Source: the human T2T-CHM13v2.0 reference genome, Homo sapiens
Direction: 5' to 3' (one strand)
Assembly: GCF_009914755.1 (NCBI RefSeq)
Contig: NC_060926.1
Length of the DNA: 64,000 bases
The stretch's first letter is position 1; the number at the start of each line of letters is the position of its first letter. A model generated the notes under the pieces. That model worked only from the letters and a program-made list of their open reading frames with translations. It was not told where the DNA came from and did no database searches. This document shows, one piece after another, positions 27,614 to 39,789 of the stretch. A program made the translations under genes and the position numbers.

Positions 27614-28313
27614 TGTAACCACCTGGTGGGTTCTTCCTTCCTGCTGCACACAATAGACCATGGCATTGCAGTAGAGAAAGAGCTTAATTGATGCAAGGCC
27701 AGCCACGCTATGCAGAAGATGGAGTTATTATTCAAATCAATCTCATCGAAGGCTCCTAGGTTAGGGGTTTTTCAAAGACAGTTTGGGGGAAGGGCTGGGG
27801 GTGGTTAGGGAATGGTGTTTGCTGCTGATCGGTTGGGGTGCAATCATAGGGGTGTGGAAAATTGTCCTTCTGTGTGCTGATTCACTTCTACATGATGCCA
27901 CAGGAGCCATTGATCAGTGGGTCCAAGTGGAGCTATGGATGTGAGACATGCAAAACACCTGAAAACGTATCTTGAAAGGCCAATCTTAGGTTCCACAAAG
28001 GAGATGTCATCTGTAGGAGTAATTTGGAAAGTGGCATATCTTGTAACTTGTTAAATAATGGCTGGCAATTGTTTATGTCTATACCTTAGCAAAATTCAGG
28101 CTCCTCTCTTCCTCTTAGCCTAGTGGTCTCTCATTAGCTTTACTAAGGCAGTTGAGGTTTGTGGAAGGGCTATTATCATTAAAACTACAACCTACATGTC
28201 TCCCAAAGCTAGCTTGGCAGCTGGAAGGCTAAAGGCAAGAAGAGGATTGGCTAGATCAGATCTCCCCCACAATGCCAGAATTTTCTGTTATAATTTTTGC
28301 AAAGGAGGTTTCA
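27614..28313 (-). mobile_element. MER4-family (MER4D/E-like) solo LTR
   Basis: TGTAACCACCTGGTGGGTTCTTCC...TAATTTTTGCAAAGGAGGTTTCA. Confidence 0.8.
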
Positions 28314-28982
28314 ATATGCCATCTTTCTCATGGGATATTATACTGCCTTCTACAGGGGAGGCAAAGGCCAGATTGAGTACAGTGACCCACTCTTGAACCA
28401 ACTTTCATACCTCCAAGTTCCTCCTTCTGTTGCTCTCAGGCATCTGAGTTCATACTTGACTCATCTATCCAGGCCCTGGCTTTAGCTGTTATCCATGCAA
28501 TTAGCATTCAGAGTCCTTAACTGGCTCCACAAGTACCTTGCCTTTGGCAATACAGTGTACCCTTACAATGAGAGGTGTGAGCTTGTTTGAGAGTGTGTTA
28601 GCTTTTTGGTTTTTATCTGGCCCCAATTCTTGAGTATTCTGAGAGCTGTCAGCCTTTCGACCTGAGTCACTGGGTTTCTGTCTATGACATGCTCCAATTC
28701 CTTTTTTTGTCTTTTGATCTCCTTTCCTTATACTGCTTCTGCATGAATAGACCAATTCTTTGGAAGTTAACAAATACATCAAAGTTTTAAAATGTGACAG
28801 GCCATCTCTCACTCCTGGACATGGTGCCAAAAGTTGAAGCTGCCTCTCAGCCATTAGCCAAATACCTGGCTTCCTTAAAGGGATGATCAACCCCACAGCA
28901 GGAAGGATCTCAGAAGGTGGGCACCCTCTTCCTTTTATTGGTGGCAGAGAGGTCAGGGGTCTGTGGCATTTATAATAGGTGC

Positions 28983-29177
28983 TGTTATGGACTAAATGTG
29001 TCTCCCAAAAAATCTTCTGTTGAAATGCTAATCCCCAATATGGTAGTATTTGGAGGTAGGGCCTTTGGGAGGTAATTAGGTCATGAGGGCAGAGCCCTCA
29101 TGAACGAGATTAATGCCCTTATAAAAGGGGACCCAGAGAGATCTCTAGCCCCACTTTTTGCCATATGAGGACTCAGC
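28983..29177 (+). mobile_element. MLT1A 5' fragment
   Basis: tgttatggactaaatgtgtctccc...ggcctttgggaggtaattaggtcatgagggcagagccctcatga. Confidence 0.8.
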
Positions 29178-29348
29178 TTGTTATTAGTACAGATGAGAAA
29201 ACTGAGGCCCTGAGATGAGAAGTTAATTTCATAAAGTCTCAGCTTCAGAGCCAGGGTTAAAGCCCAGATATCCTGCAATACTCTTTTAGTTGCACCATTA
29301 AAAGAAAATAAACAATACAAAACACTCAGTAAGTAAATAAGGTGCTGG

Positions 29349-30126
29349 TGATATGGACAGGAGACAGGGAAATACTGAGTAGAAGAGCGTCAAAATCCTC
29401 AGCCTCAAGCCTGGATACCCATGGCCCTAAATGGGAACAGGCATTCCTGGTTTTGCACCCAAAAACTTGCCTTTTCACCTGCCAAGCCCCCTATCCTGTA
29501 CTCATATAAACCCCAGACCCCAGGCTCCAGAAGCAGACGAGCAGACAAGCAGATGAACAGAAGAGCAGAAGAGCAGCAGAGAAGGACAGAAGAGAAGGAA
29601 CGTCAGGAGGAGTTCCACTAAGGATGGTCAGAGTATCAGCCGCTGGATGGCCAAACTCCAGGGGAAGATCATCTTCCCACTCCATCCCCTTTTCAGCTCT
29701 GCATCCATCCTGCTGAGATCCACCTCCACCACCCACCAAAACCCCTGCGTTCACTATCCTTCAAGTCCGTGTGTAACCCGATTCTTCCAGGATGCTGGAC
29801 AAGAGCTTGGGATACAGAAAGCTGTCACACTGGCCCTCTGCCCTTGCAAAAAAAACCAGAGGGTCCAGTGAGCTTGTTAACACTTAAGCAATCCACAGAT
29901 GGGAAGGCTAAAAGAGCACACTGTAACACATGCCCACTTGGGCTCTAGGAGTCACAGGCTCCCACCCCTGGACACTGCCATGGGGCCAGAGCCTAGCACC
30001 CTGGCTCCTGCACCTGTCCATCTGTGTGCTCCCCTTCCCATAAGGGGTTTGAGCAGAGGTGGTGACAGATGAGCCAAACCCCTGTCACATATCCTGCAAG
30101 GGAGGTCAGATAACTCTCCTATTTAA
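29349..30126 (+). mobile_element. LTR1-family solo LTR
   Basis: TGATATGGACAGGAGACAGGGAAATACTG start; TSD CTGG at 29345-29348 and 30127-30130. Confidence 0.8.
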
Positions 30127-32649
30127 CTGGTTTACACACATCTCAGACAAGAAGCTAAGGATATATTAGCAGGGTTACAAGAAAGAGTCATACAACTTGC
30201 AAGTTAAGCAAACTGGGCATTGAGGAATTTCTTGTAGTTCTCTAAGTAGGGTAGTTATTTGTGCTATGATTACAGCTCTGTGAAATCAGCTGCCCTTCTG
30301 GATAGATGCTTCTTACAGGAGAAAGGATTCCTGGAGGCTGCCAGTCATCCAGCTGGTAGTGCCTACACTAGCAGCTGCTGGATTCATTAGCTTAGCTTCT
30401 GACCTGCCTCAAGATGTTGAAAAAAATACTGATGGTAAAGAGAAAAGAGCATGAGCTCTGGAATCAAGTTGACCCAGTTCTAATTCTAATCCCAGAAACC
30501 TTCTTCAGCCTGTGCTTTCTCCTCTGTAAACTGGAAAGATGCAGCAGCTGCTGCTGTTACTTCTATTTGGGGGCTGCTGGAAAGATTGAATGGCCTGACC
30601 CATGCTAGTAAGTACCTAACACACAGTCTGGCATCAGTAAACTTTGCTTCACTCTTCTTGCTTGCTTTTGAAAATGGAGTCACTCAACTTAGGCACCACT
30701 TTTAGCCAGGGCTCTTAGTGAGTGTTACAGTGCTTCTAACCTGAGCTGTCTCTGCTTCTTAGTGAATGCCTCTGGAGCCACTGTCTAGGCTCAACTGTGA
30801 CTTGCCGTGAAGCATTCTACAAGTTCCCTAGGTGGTCTCCACAGCAATACTGTGACCTGGGGTTAGAAAGAAAACCAAGTTGGCGTGTCAAAGATCTTTG
30901 TCTCTCTTGCCATCTGGGGCCAGTCTCGGAGGGAGAGAACCCTGGGAGCAACTATTTGGAAGGAGAGCTCCTCAGTTGGGGGATAAATTTAGTGCAAGGC
31001 TTGGATACGAGAGGTCTCTCTCTCCCTGTGATATTTTTAATTCTAACATCAAGTAAAAATAGAATTTCCTGTTGATCTGATAAGAAATTCCTGTTTTCCA
31101 GGGAGCAAGGCAGCCTACACCCAGGGGGCATGGGCAGTGGGGGTTACCAACTATTTCCGAGATGGATAGTTAAAGAAAGGAGGGGTTGGATGGGCCTCGG
31201 TTCATATTTATTTATTTTTAAAGTGTGAAGCCAGCTCATACCAAGAAGAATCACAGGGCATGATTAATAATTTCCTACATACATCGAAGGCCTCGGCTGG
31301 CTTTGGAAAAGTTCTCTCTGCTGCCTCCCTGGAGCCTGGATATTTTTAGTAGCCAGATGCAGTTTGGTTCAGATTTCTCAAGCCTGAGATCTTGGATCAC
31401 ACACATTGTGCATGGTGTTTAAGGGAAGCACCTTGCACCGGCATGCAGGTAGCAGGCTCCAAACTGCACCCCAAATCCCTAGTCATTCCAAGTTGCGCTC
31501 AGCTTGAGGGTAGCCCCAGAGCCATTGGCTCGGGAGTCCCAATCTGTGCTTGCTTCTGCATGAGCAGCTCAAAGAGTACATTTTTGGTGGACAGTTTGGG
31601 GGCCTCCCAGAATCTATTCCCCCTTTCTCCTATTAATAGCTCCCTGATTTTTATTTGGAGAATCACCTCTTCCCCTGTGGTGCAACCTGGTGGAATTGTC
31701 AGTCAAGGACTTTGTCCTCCCCTAGGCAAGCAGTCCATCAATCAGACCCTTTCCTGGGATTTTGAACATTGAGTGCAGCAAAGCAAAGACAGAAAAATGG
31801 CCACCTCTCATTCACCCCAACAGTCAGCCCCTGCTCCCCGAAGCCCCAGACCTTGTCTGGTTCCTGCCCTTTGGGGCCTGATTATTCATTTCTCCTTCAA
31901 TTCTATGGGTGACACAGTAGCCTTCTGATAGGTCTCCATTTTTTTAATACTTGCAAGTAATGCACTGTGACTAACACAAAGTCTACTGATGGTGAGTCAC
32001 AATTGTCACCCTGCATGTCTCCTAACAGGGGAGTAATAGTCATAGCACAAATGTGTGATCCTTGACTGTTTAAGATTCACTCCCACATATGACAACTCCT
32101 TCAGCCTTTTAACAACTCAGTGAGAAAGGCAAGCAGCAATCACAGCACCTCTTGAAAAATGAGGAAGCTGGGGTTCAGAGCTACTCAGCTGCTACACAGC
32201 CTGGGAGTGGCAGAGCCATCTCTTAAACATCCGTCTGTCTTCTGACTCCAATCAGGGATGTTTTCCACCAGACCACACTGCCTCTCACAGGCCACATGAG
32301 CTGAATTAGAGCTACTTTCCCAGAAGGAAGGTAATCCAATCTTTATCCTCTTGCCTATGGATGTCTATGGCTCACCAGGAACAAAAATTGGGACTCTAAC
32401 TTTTTAAGTGTTATGTGAGAAAGTTTGGTTGGCCCTGGCATCCAAGCAAAGGATGCATAAAGACATTTAAAGCCACTTAAAGTCATCTTTAAGAGGTCAT
32501 CAGGACCTTCAGCTGGATACTGGCAGCCTCCAGGAGTTCTTTCCCCTGGAAGAAGCATCTATCTGTTTAGGAGGGCAGTTGCTTTTACAGGGTGTAATCA
32601 TAGCAAAAATAACCATCCCACTCAGAGAGCCATAAGAAATTCCTCCATG

Positions 32650-33100
32650 ATGTACACACATGTTCATACTGACTATTGGCAATAGCCATAATGTGAAAAC
32701 AGTTCAAATATCCACCAACAAATAAACAAAAAGTGGTACATCCACACAATGGAACATTATTCAGCCATAAAAAGTAATGAAGTAATGATGCCTGCTACAA
32801 GGTGGATGGACCTCAAAAACATCATACTAAGTGAAAGAAGCCAGATACAAAAGGTCACATATCATATGATTCCCTTTGTATGCAATATCCAGAATAGATA
32901 AGTCCATACAGACAGAAGACAAATTGGATGGTGTCTCGGGGGCTGGAGGGAGATGGGATGGTGGGGAGGGGACTGCTTAGTGAGTAGAGGTTTTACTGAC
33001 TGATGACAATGTTTTGAACTAGATAGAGGTGGTAGTCGAACAACATTATGAATGTATTAAAGGCCACTGAATTGTGAATGTCATCTCAAATTTTATAAGA
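32650..33100 (+). mobile_element. L1MB 3' end
   Basis: aagtggtacatccacacaatggaacattattcagccataaaaagtaatgaagta...ctaagtgaaagaagccagatacaaaaggtcacat. Confidence 0.85.
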
Positions 33101-35143
33101 AACTGCCATTGATAAGTAATAAAAGCAATTTGAACAAAACAAAACAAAGTTGTCATCAGGACGTAGCACTTCATTTTTTTTTCCGATTAGTCTTCTTGAC
33201 CCCTCCCCTTCTTCATTTAAACACTCACAATCGTCTATCACTACAGGGCTCCCTTTGTGTCATTTTTAATCACAATGTTTGTTCTCTCAACAATGCCCAA
33301 TGTCACCCCAGTGACTGTAGATGAAGGCTCAGTTTGATGTTCAAATTCTTCCAACCTCCACATGGAAACTGCCAGGCCTGGCCTCTGCTGTGGCCAGGCT
33401 CCTCTCTCACTGTCACTGGAGCAGATAGGCTCTTCCTGACCCCAGCCTTCAGAGAAGAGATGATCTTCATGAACTCTTGTCCTCTGTGATGGGGGATGAT
33501 GATGATGATGACGATGTTACCAAACCCCTGCTCCTACTACAAGTAACATCTATTTGTCAAGAACCTTATTTGTCCCAGCTCTATTAGGTGTTTTATATTG
33601 AGGTAAGGATGTTTCCCATCAGAATTTAGATGGCTTTCCTGAGCTCTCTGCTTAGAGAGTGGGCTCTGGTGTTAACTCTGCTCCGGTGACTATTTCTTCC
33701 ACTTTTCCTTTGCATTAAATAGCATGCAGCCTTCTCTCACTCTGTGTTTCTACCAGTGATAACCTCTGCTCCCTTTTGTTTTACAATTTCCCCTTCGCCT
33801 CTCCCCTCATTGACATGTAGGATTTGCATGGTTTTAGTATCTGTGTGACCTGCTGAGGCTGCACAATGCCATCGGAGCCAAGATATCAGGACAATCATCA
33901 TCCATCAGGAAGTCATCCATGGGGTGGTTCTGTGTGCTATAACAGGCCAAGAGGTCCTAAGAAGAAGATAAAATGAGATCTCCTAAGAACAAACATCTCT
34001 GACTTAGGGGTAAAGGTCCCACGGGCAGGCTGGCTTTCTCTCTCTGCAGCTGGATGGAGGATCAGCTTAATTAGAATAACGAAAGTGGCTGAATGTAATG
34101 TAAAGAGTTGTCAAGTGTTGCTGTGTGTGAAGGGGGTTATTTGTTTGGGGTTCTGGCTAGTTGAATAATTATTTGTTTTTCCTCCTGATTTCTATGCCTT
34201 TGTCAAACATACACCTTTGAGCTTGGCTGTAAACTACCCAGTTCAAGGTCAACAGGCATCATGGAATCAACAAAAACTCAGTTTCTGAGAGTCAAATTGC
34301 AGGGGCTATGGCTACCAAAAAAGAATGAATGTTCTGGTAACACTTTACATTTTAAAAAATATTTATAATGATCATAGCTAGAGAGAGCTATAACTGTCTC
34401 CATGTTTGAAATGGGAAAACTGAGGCTCAGAAGGGTTATCCAAATTGCCCATACCTTATGTGGAGTTTAGACCACAAAGTCCCTATTTCTCCTTCCACTC
34501 CATCCTCAATTCCCTCTCTCCTCTCCTTCCTTATCCATTCCTTGGGTTCTTCTCTGTAAGAATTAGCTGGCCTTAGACTAGCTCCCTGACATTTGGTATC
34601 CCTTTTCTGAACTCCTATGGTGCATACCAGCTTTGTTACTCACTTGAACATTAATTTCATAATCTTCTAATATATTCTAATTAACCTGATCTAATCTTCT
34701 AACATATCACTACTTGTTTCAGGCATGCATATCTTGTATCCTTAATGAAAGTCCATATTCCTTGAGGGAGGACAACTGCTCTGCTCCCTTTTCCCTGGCC
34801 CAGCCTAGCAACATGCTGATCAAGCAGGAAGTAAGAGGATCACCACCTTTCCTGAGATCTTGAAATTGAGATGGTCCTTAAAGATTTTTCTCACCCAGGT
34901 TCAGACCCCCTACAGAAATCCCTCAGTGATCATATGAGCAAGTGAACAAGGAGATATATTTTTCCAGCTGACTTCATTACCTCTCGTTCTTTCTGCCCTT
35001 AAGCAGCAGCCTGCAGTTTCCTATAGGAGAGAAGGGAGTTAATCCTATTCCTTCCAGGGTTTTGGCTCTCGCAGTTCCAGAGTTGACAGTCAATGCTACT
35101 GTAACTCCATCAGGGGACTTACTGGCTCTACTCTCAAAAGTAA

Positions 35144-35451
35144 TACAGGTTCACAATCTCTTACTGGGCATTCACTCTTGGAATCAGGAGTGTTTTGGCA
35201 TTCAGAGTTCTTCAGATTTCAGAAAGGCCATATGGTACACATACAGTATGTCATGTAACAACCCTAGTAGGGTCCAGAGTGGCACCTTATTAGTATTTCT
35301 GCAGTGAAGCATATGCATATTTATACTAAGTGGGATAAATAAAACCTAGATATAGTTGTATGACACTTCGGGACAGGTTTTACTTCCAACTGCACAATTT
35401 TCAGAGCTTTTTTTGACTTCAGCATTATAGGTAATGGACTATGGGCCTATA
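35144..35451. mobile_element. MER46C-like (Tigger) DNA transposon relic
   Basis: TACAGGTTCACAATCTCTTA ... ATGGACTATGGGCCTATA, degenerate TIRs with TA ends. Confidence 0.65.
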
Positions 35452-38400
35452 ATAGCTAATAGTTATTGAGTGTTTATTTTGTGTCAGACATTCTCATAAA
35501 TGCCCACTGTGAGTTACCTTATATAATTCACTAACAGCTCTCTAACGAAGGTTCTCATTTTACCTATATTTCGCAGATAAGGAACTGAGGCTTAAGGAGG
35601 CTAATAAGTTGCTCAAGGTCACACAGAGGGTGAGCAATAGAGCAAGATTCTATGGGCATTTATAGCATCACCTCCTCTTTCATCTCTACGGTCCCCTCTG
35701 GGGGCATATAGCATGGTGGACCTGGGAGAGGCTAGTGACTCCCCACTGACTCCAATGGGACCTCTGAGCTATAGGACTAGGCAGATCCTACCCTTGGACA
35801 TGGGGAAGCCAAGCCTTGGGTCTTGAAAACAAGAGACAAGAGAAAATCACCATCCTGAATTAATTGATGACTGGTTCAAGGACTAACTTCACCCTTGACC
35901 AGGAATGAGACAAGTGTGATGTGGAATCACCTGGCCTCAAAGGTTGATGCATAGTGCATTGGTTAAGAGCAGTAGCACTGACCATGAGGGGTCAAATCTT
36001 GTAACTAGCTGGGGATGCTGGGCAAACTTCCTCCTTGCCAGGCTTCATTCCCCTCTTCTGTAAAATGTGATTGCCTGATGCTTCTTCACAAGACTATTTG
36101 AAAATTAAATAAAACAATTCACATAAACACAGTGCCTGATGGAGTGAGCCCTCGATATTAGCTTTCAATAAAAGCACGTCATGAAAGAAAACAGGATAGT
36201 AAACTGAGATAACCAAAGAGGAAGGGAATGGAAAGTCTGATCCTTCAGTGTTCAAGTGCCCAGTCTGGATCCTTTTGCTGTAAAAAGCACCATCTTTTCA
36301 GTCTGGTCTAGTCTAGCCTCAGCCAAACTAAACTAATGGCTTTAGGAGCTCCTCTGTGAGGAAAGAGAAGCAGCACCATGGCCGTGAAGGATGTTGGGTG
36401 GGACTGCGCGCATTGGCTGGGTGGAAGGTGGGGGTGGGAGAGCGCTGTGTAGCTGGAGCATGGTGGGCTAGGCGAGCCTCTGCAAATAACTTGGACTTGG
36501 TCTGCAGACTCAACAGCTCACATCCACATAGAGAGGTTGCTACTCTTGTTAGCTCATTCTCACCAAACTCTCTGGGAAATGACCCCATGCTTTTCCTCCC
36601 ATGCCCCTGAGAGAGTCTGAAGTCATGGACAGTCCTTACAGATGCATGGTCTGCCTTTCCACCGCTAAACAAAGGACATCAGAAAATCCCACCTGGGGCA
36701 ACCAAGATTGCCCGAGAGGATGCTCACAGGACCACACCTCTTCACTGGGGTCTTCCAGGGCCATCTCTGGAGGCACCTCGGGCCTGGGTTCAAATTCTAC
36801 ACAATGCTCAAGTAGACACGGTGGCCATAAAGTCTTCTTCTGCGCGATAAACTCATGGGCAGGCACAAGCCCCTGCTGAAGGGTAACAGAGAACAAAAGT
36901 TCTGGGAAGTTCTGTGGGCGTTTGACCAATTCACCTTGTGTCCCCAGGGGAGACACAATAGGCAAACAATAAGTGCTTAATAAATGTTTGTGGAGTGAAT
37001 TAATGATAAATGTTTGTTGCATGAATAAATAAAAAGGACACACACTTTTTGGCCATTGCGACGCACAGCTCAGCTTCCCCTGAAGGGATGCCCAGCTGTG
37101 TCCTACTCCGATTCTGGCTTCAGGCTCCTCAGGGCCAGCAGTGGAGTTCTTCTGAGTTCTACCCCCCACCCCTGTGGAAAGAAAGAAAAGGAAGCCAAAC
37201 CCAGTGGATTCTGTCCCGACTGGCTGGTTCCTGTCAGTCTCAGCCTGTCAGCCTCCTTTGTAAAGCTCACAGCGTCTGCCCTTGTTCCAGGGACAGGCCT
37301 GCCATTAGGAGCTTTCCAGATCCAATCCTGGCTGCTCTGAGAGCAAAAATTAAATCAGCAGACAGTGATGTCTGCTTTCTGTTCTTTTCACACCTGTGTG
37401 CCAACAGCAGGATTACTGGCACAGCTCTAGGCTGTGCCCAGACTGGTAAGCACCCTGCAAAAACATCCCGAAGGCCTGGGGCGGGAGGAGGTCAGTCAAG
37501 TGCAGGCCAGCTTCTAAGGCCCACACAGCAGCTCACTGACATTTCTTTGGGGGCCACTGGGCTGTAGGTGGGGCTGGAATGAAAAGAAGCACACATACAG
37601 AGTCAGCCACAGGTCATCCACATCAGCCAGGAGTATCGTTTACTTGATGAGTATTTGTTGGGTGATCCCACGTGGCCGGGACTGTGGTGGCGTCTCTGTC
37701 TCTCAGATCCTTCCTTCTGTAGCCCCGGGCTTAGCAGTTTCCCAGGTTGAGGAAGGCATAGATGTGCCACAAGAGACATTTTGGGCATACTTGCAGGAGT
37801 GGGGTGACCCCCCCAGGTTAGAAGCCAGTGCTTGAGAGGCTCCGCCACCACGTCCCCCTCTTCTTTGCACAGCTCAGTGATTCCCTCTGGAAGGTGTCCC
37901 GGGTACAGGGCAACAGTCTGGGAAGAGCAGAAAAGCCTCTAGGCCCCCAAGGAAGATCAGTGTGTCACTGTCCTCTCCGAATCCACTAGGGTCTCCCATA
38001 AATATACAGCCTGGAACTCCTGCCCAGCAGATGGTGCAGGAAAAGAAAAGAAAAATCACCACAGAGCCCCGTGCCCTGTTCCCATAAACACACAGTGATT
38101 AAAAATACCTGGAGCCTTAAAAGTGCACCTTCCCCACCAGAGCCCAGTGCAGGGGGCCACAGCTCAGAGACAGGAGGAGCAGCCTCTCAGAAGAGAAAGC
38201 CGAGGCTGAGGTCATCTCCTGCTGGGGCCTGGGAGGCCTCTGCTTCGTGGGGCTTTGGCAAAAAAGAAGCTGGAAGCAGAGAAGTAGAGGCATTGCTGGA
38301 GCCTGTAAGGCCCTGGAAGAAAATTACACAGGAGGCCTCTTAATTCTACTCTGAATGAGACTCAACTAAGGCCTGTTGTGTTTTCCCTTGTAGCTGAGAC

Positions 38401-38738
38401 ATCTAATAAAATAGCAGAAAATCTTGTCACCAAGTGGGAAAGTTGTGTTTTCTTCTCCAATGGCTTTCTCAAGACTCTAACAGCCAGCCCCTTCCTTGCT
38501 TTCTCGACACCAAGGAATGGCCTGGGTTTGCTCAGGGTAGAGCAACCCCCGGAGAGGGGCTGGGGCTCAAACGGAAGTCTCAACCCTAGGTAGCAGGCTG
38601 GGGTCAAACTCTACTCCATTGCTAGTGTGTGTTTGTGAGCGTGTGCGTGTGTGTGTGTGTGTGCGTGTGTGAAAGAGAGAGAGGGAATGAGTGTGTACAA
38701 TAGGAAGCCATAGAAGTATGTAGAAAAAGGTATAAACC

Positions 38739-38973
<235 letters not shown>

Positions 38974-39299
38974 GAAAAAGGTATAAACCATGGAGAAGCT
39001 TTCAGCTCAATGTCACCTGAGCAGGGAGCACACCTGCACCTTTTCAGAATACAAGATGACTTCAGAGTCCTACTTAGGACAGTGTATTGTGCTCCCAGAG
39101 GAACCTTTCCCAAAAATGTTGTGATACACATTAAATGATGTTAGTTAAACTATTGCTGCTCCAGTCTTGAGTTGTGTGTGCAGAATCTCATCTGTGCATC
39201 CCAGGTTCCCCTTTGAAGGGGTTGCATCCCCTGTGGGTAGAATACGTGGGTCTAGAAAGCTCCACATACCATCACTCTGTGACCTTCTTGGGGAGTTCT

Positions 39300-39782
39300 T
39301 GCTTCCATTTTTGAAGCACTGAGCTCTGTGTGTTTAGAAGTCCTAGTTCTCTAAAGGGGAAGTCCTCCCAGAGATCACAGGGAGTCCCATTGAATTCTAA
39401 GCTGCAGCTGCCACCAGGGCACTTTGGGTTTTTTGTGCCAAGGGGCCAGAAATCAAGAAGTGGCTCACTACCCTGGCAGGGGTAAGTGACCCTAATCAGC
39501 AGGGAGGAGGTACGGCTGCTGTCAGTCAGGGGCAGGGAGGAGTGCCTTTGGCACCAGGTAATTTACTTGGGTGTCCCTTGGTACCCATTTAGTCAATTTT
39601 GACAGTAAATGGAAAATGAAGCAGTCATGGGGAGGAGCTGCTTCCAGAACCTATAAGAAGTGGATTTGAGTGGCACAAAAGATGGACCATTGTAGATTCT
39701 GTGATGAGCTGCCCAGATGCTCCTTCAGGACTGAAGGACTTATCCCCCAGCTACTGCAAGTGCTGCCAACTGATAGCCCTCT
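39300..39782 (+). mobile_element. ERVL-class internal fragment (HERV16/ERV3-16A3-like, dUTPase-like remnant) followed by the start of an LTR16
   Basis: 39464 onward translates LTTLAGVSDPNQQ/EEVRLL, resembling dUTPase motif III; then tgtagattctgtgatgagctgcccagatgctccttcaggactgaaggacttat (LTR16-like) from ~39691. Confidence 0.6.
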
Positions 39783-39789
39783 TGTTGTT

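Noticed and set aside
36328-37567. Overlapping 114-177-aa ORFs
   Set aside because: No recognisable domain or exon structure; consistent with chance ORFs in GC-richer DNA
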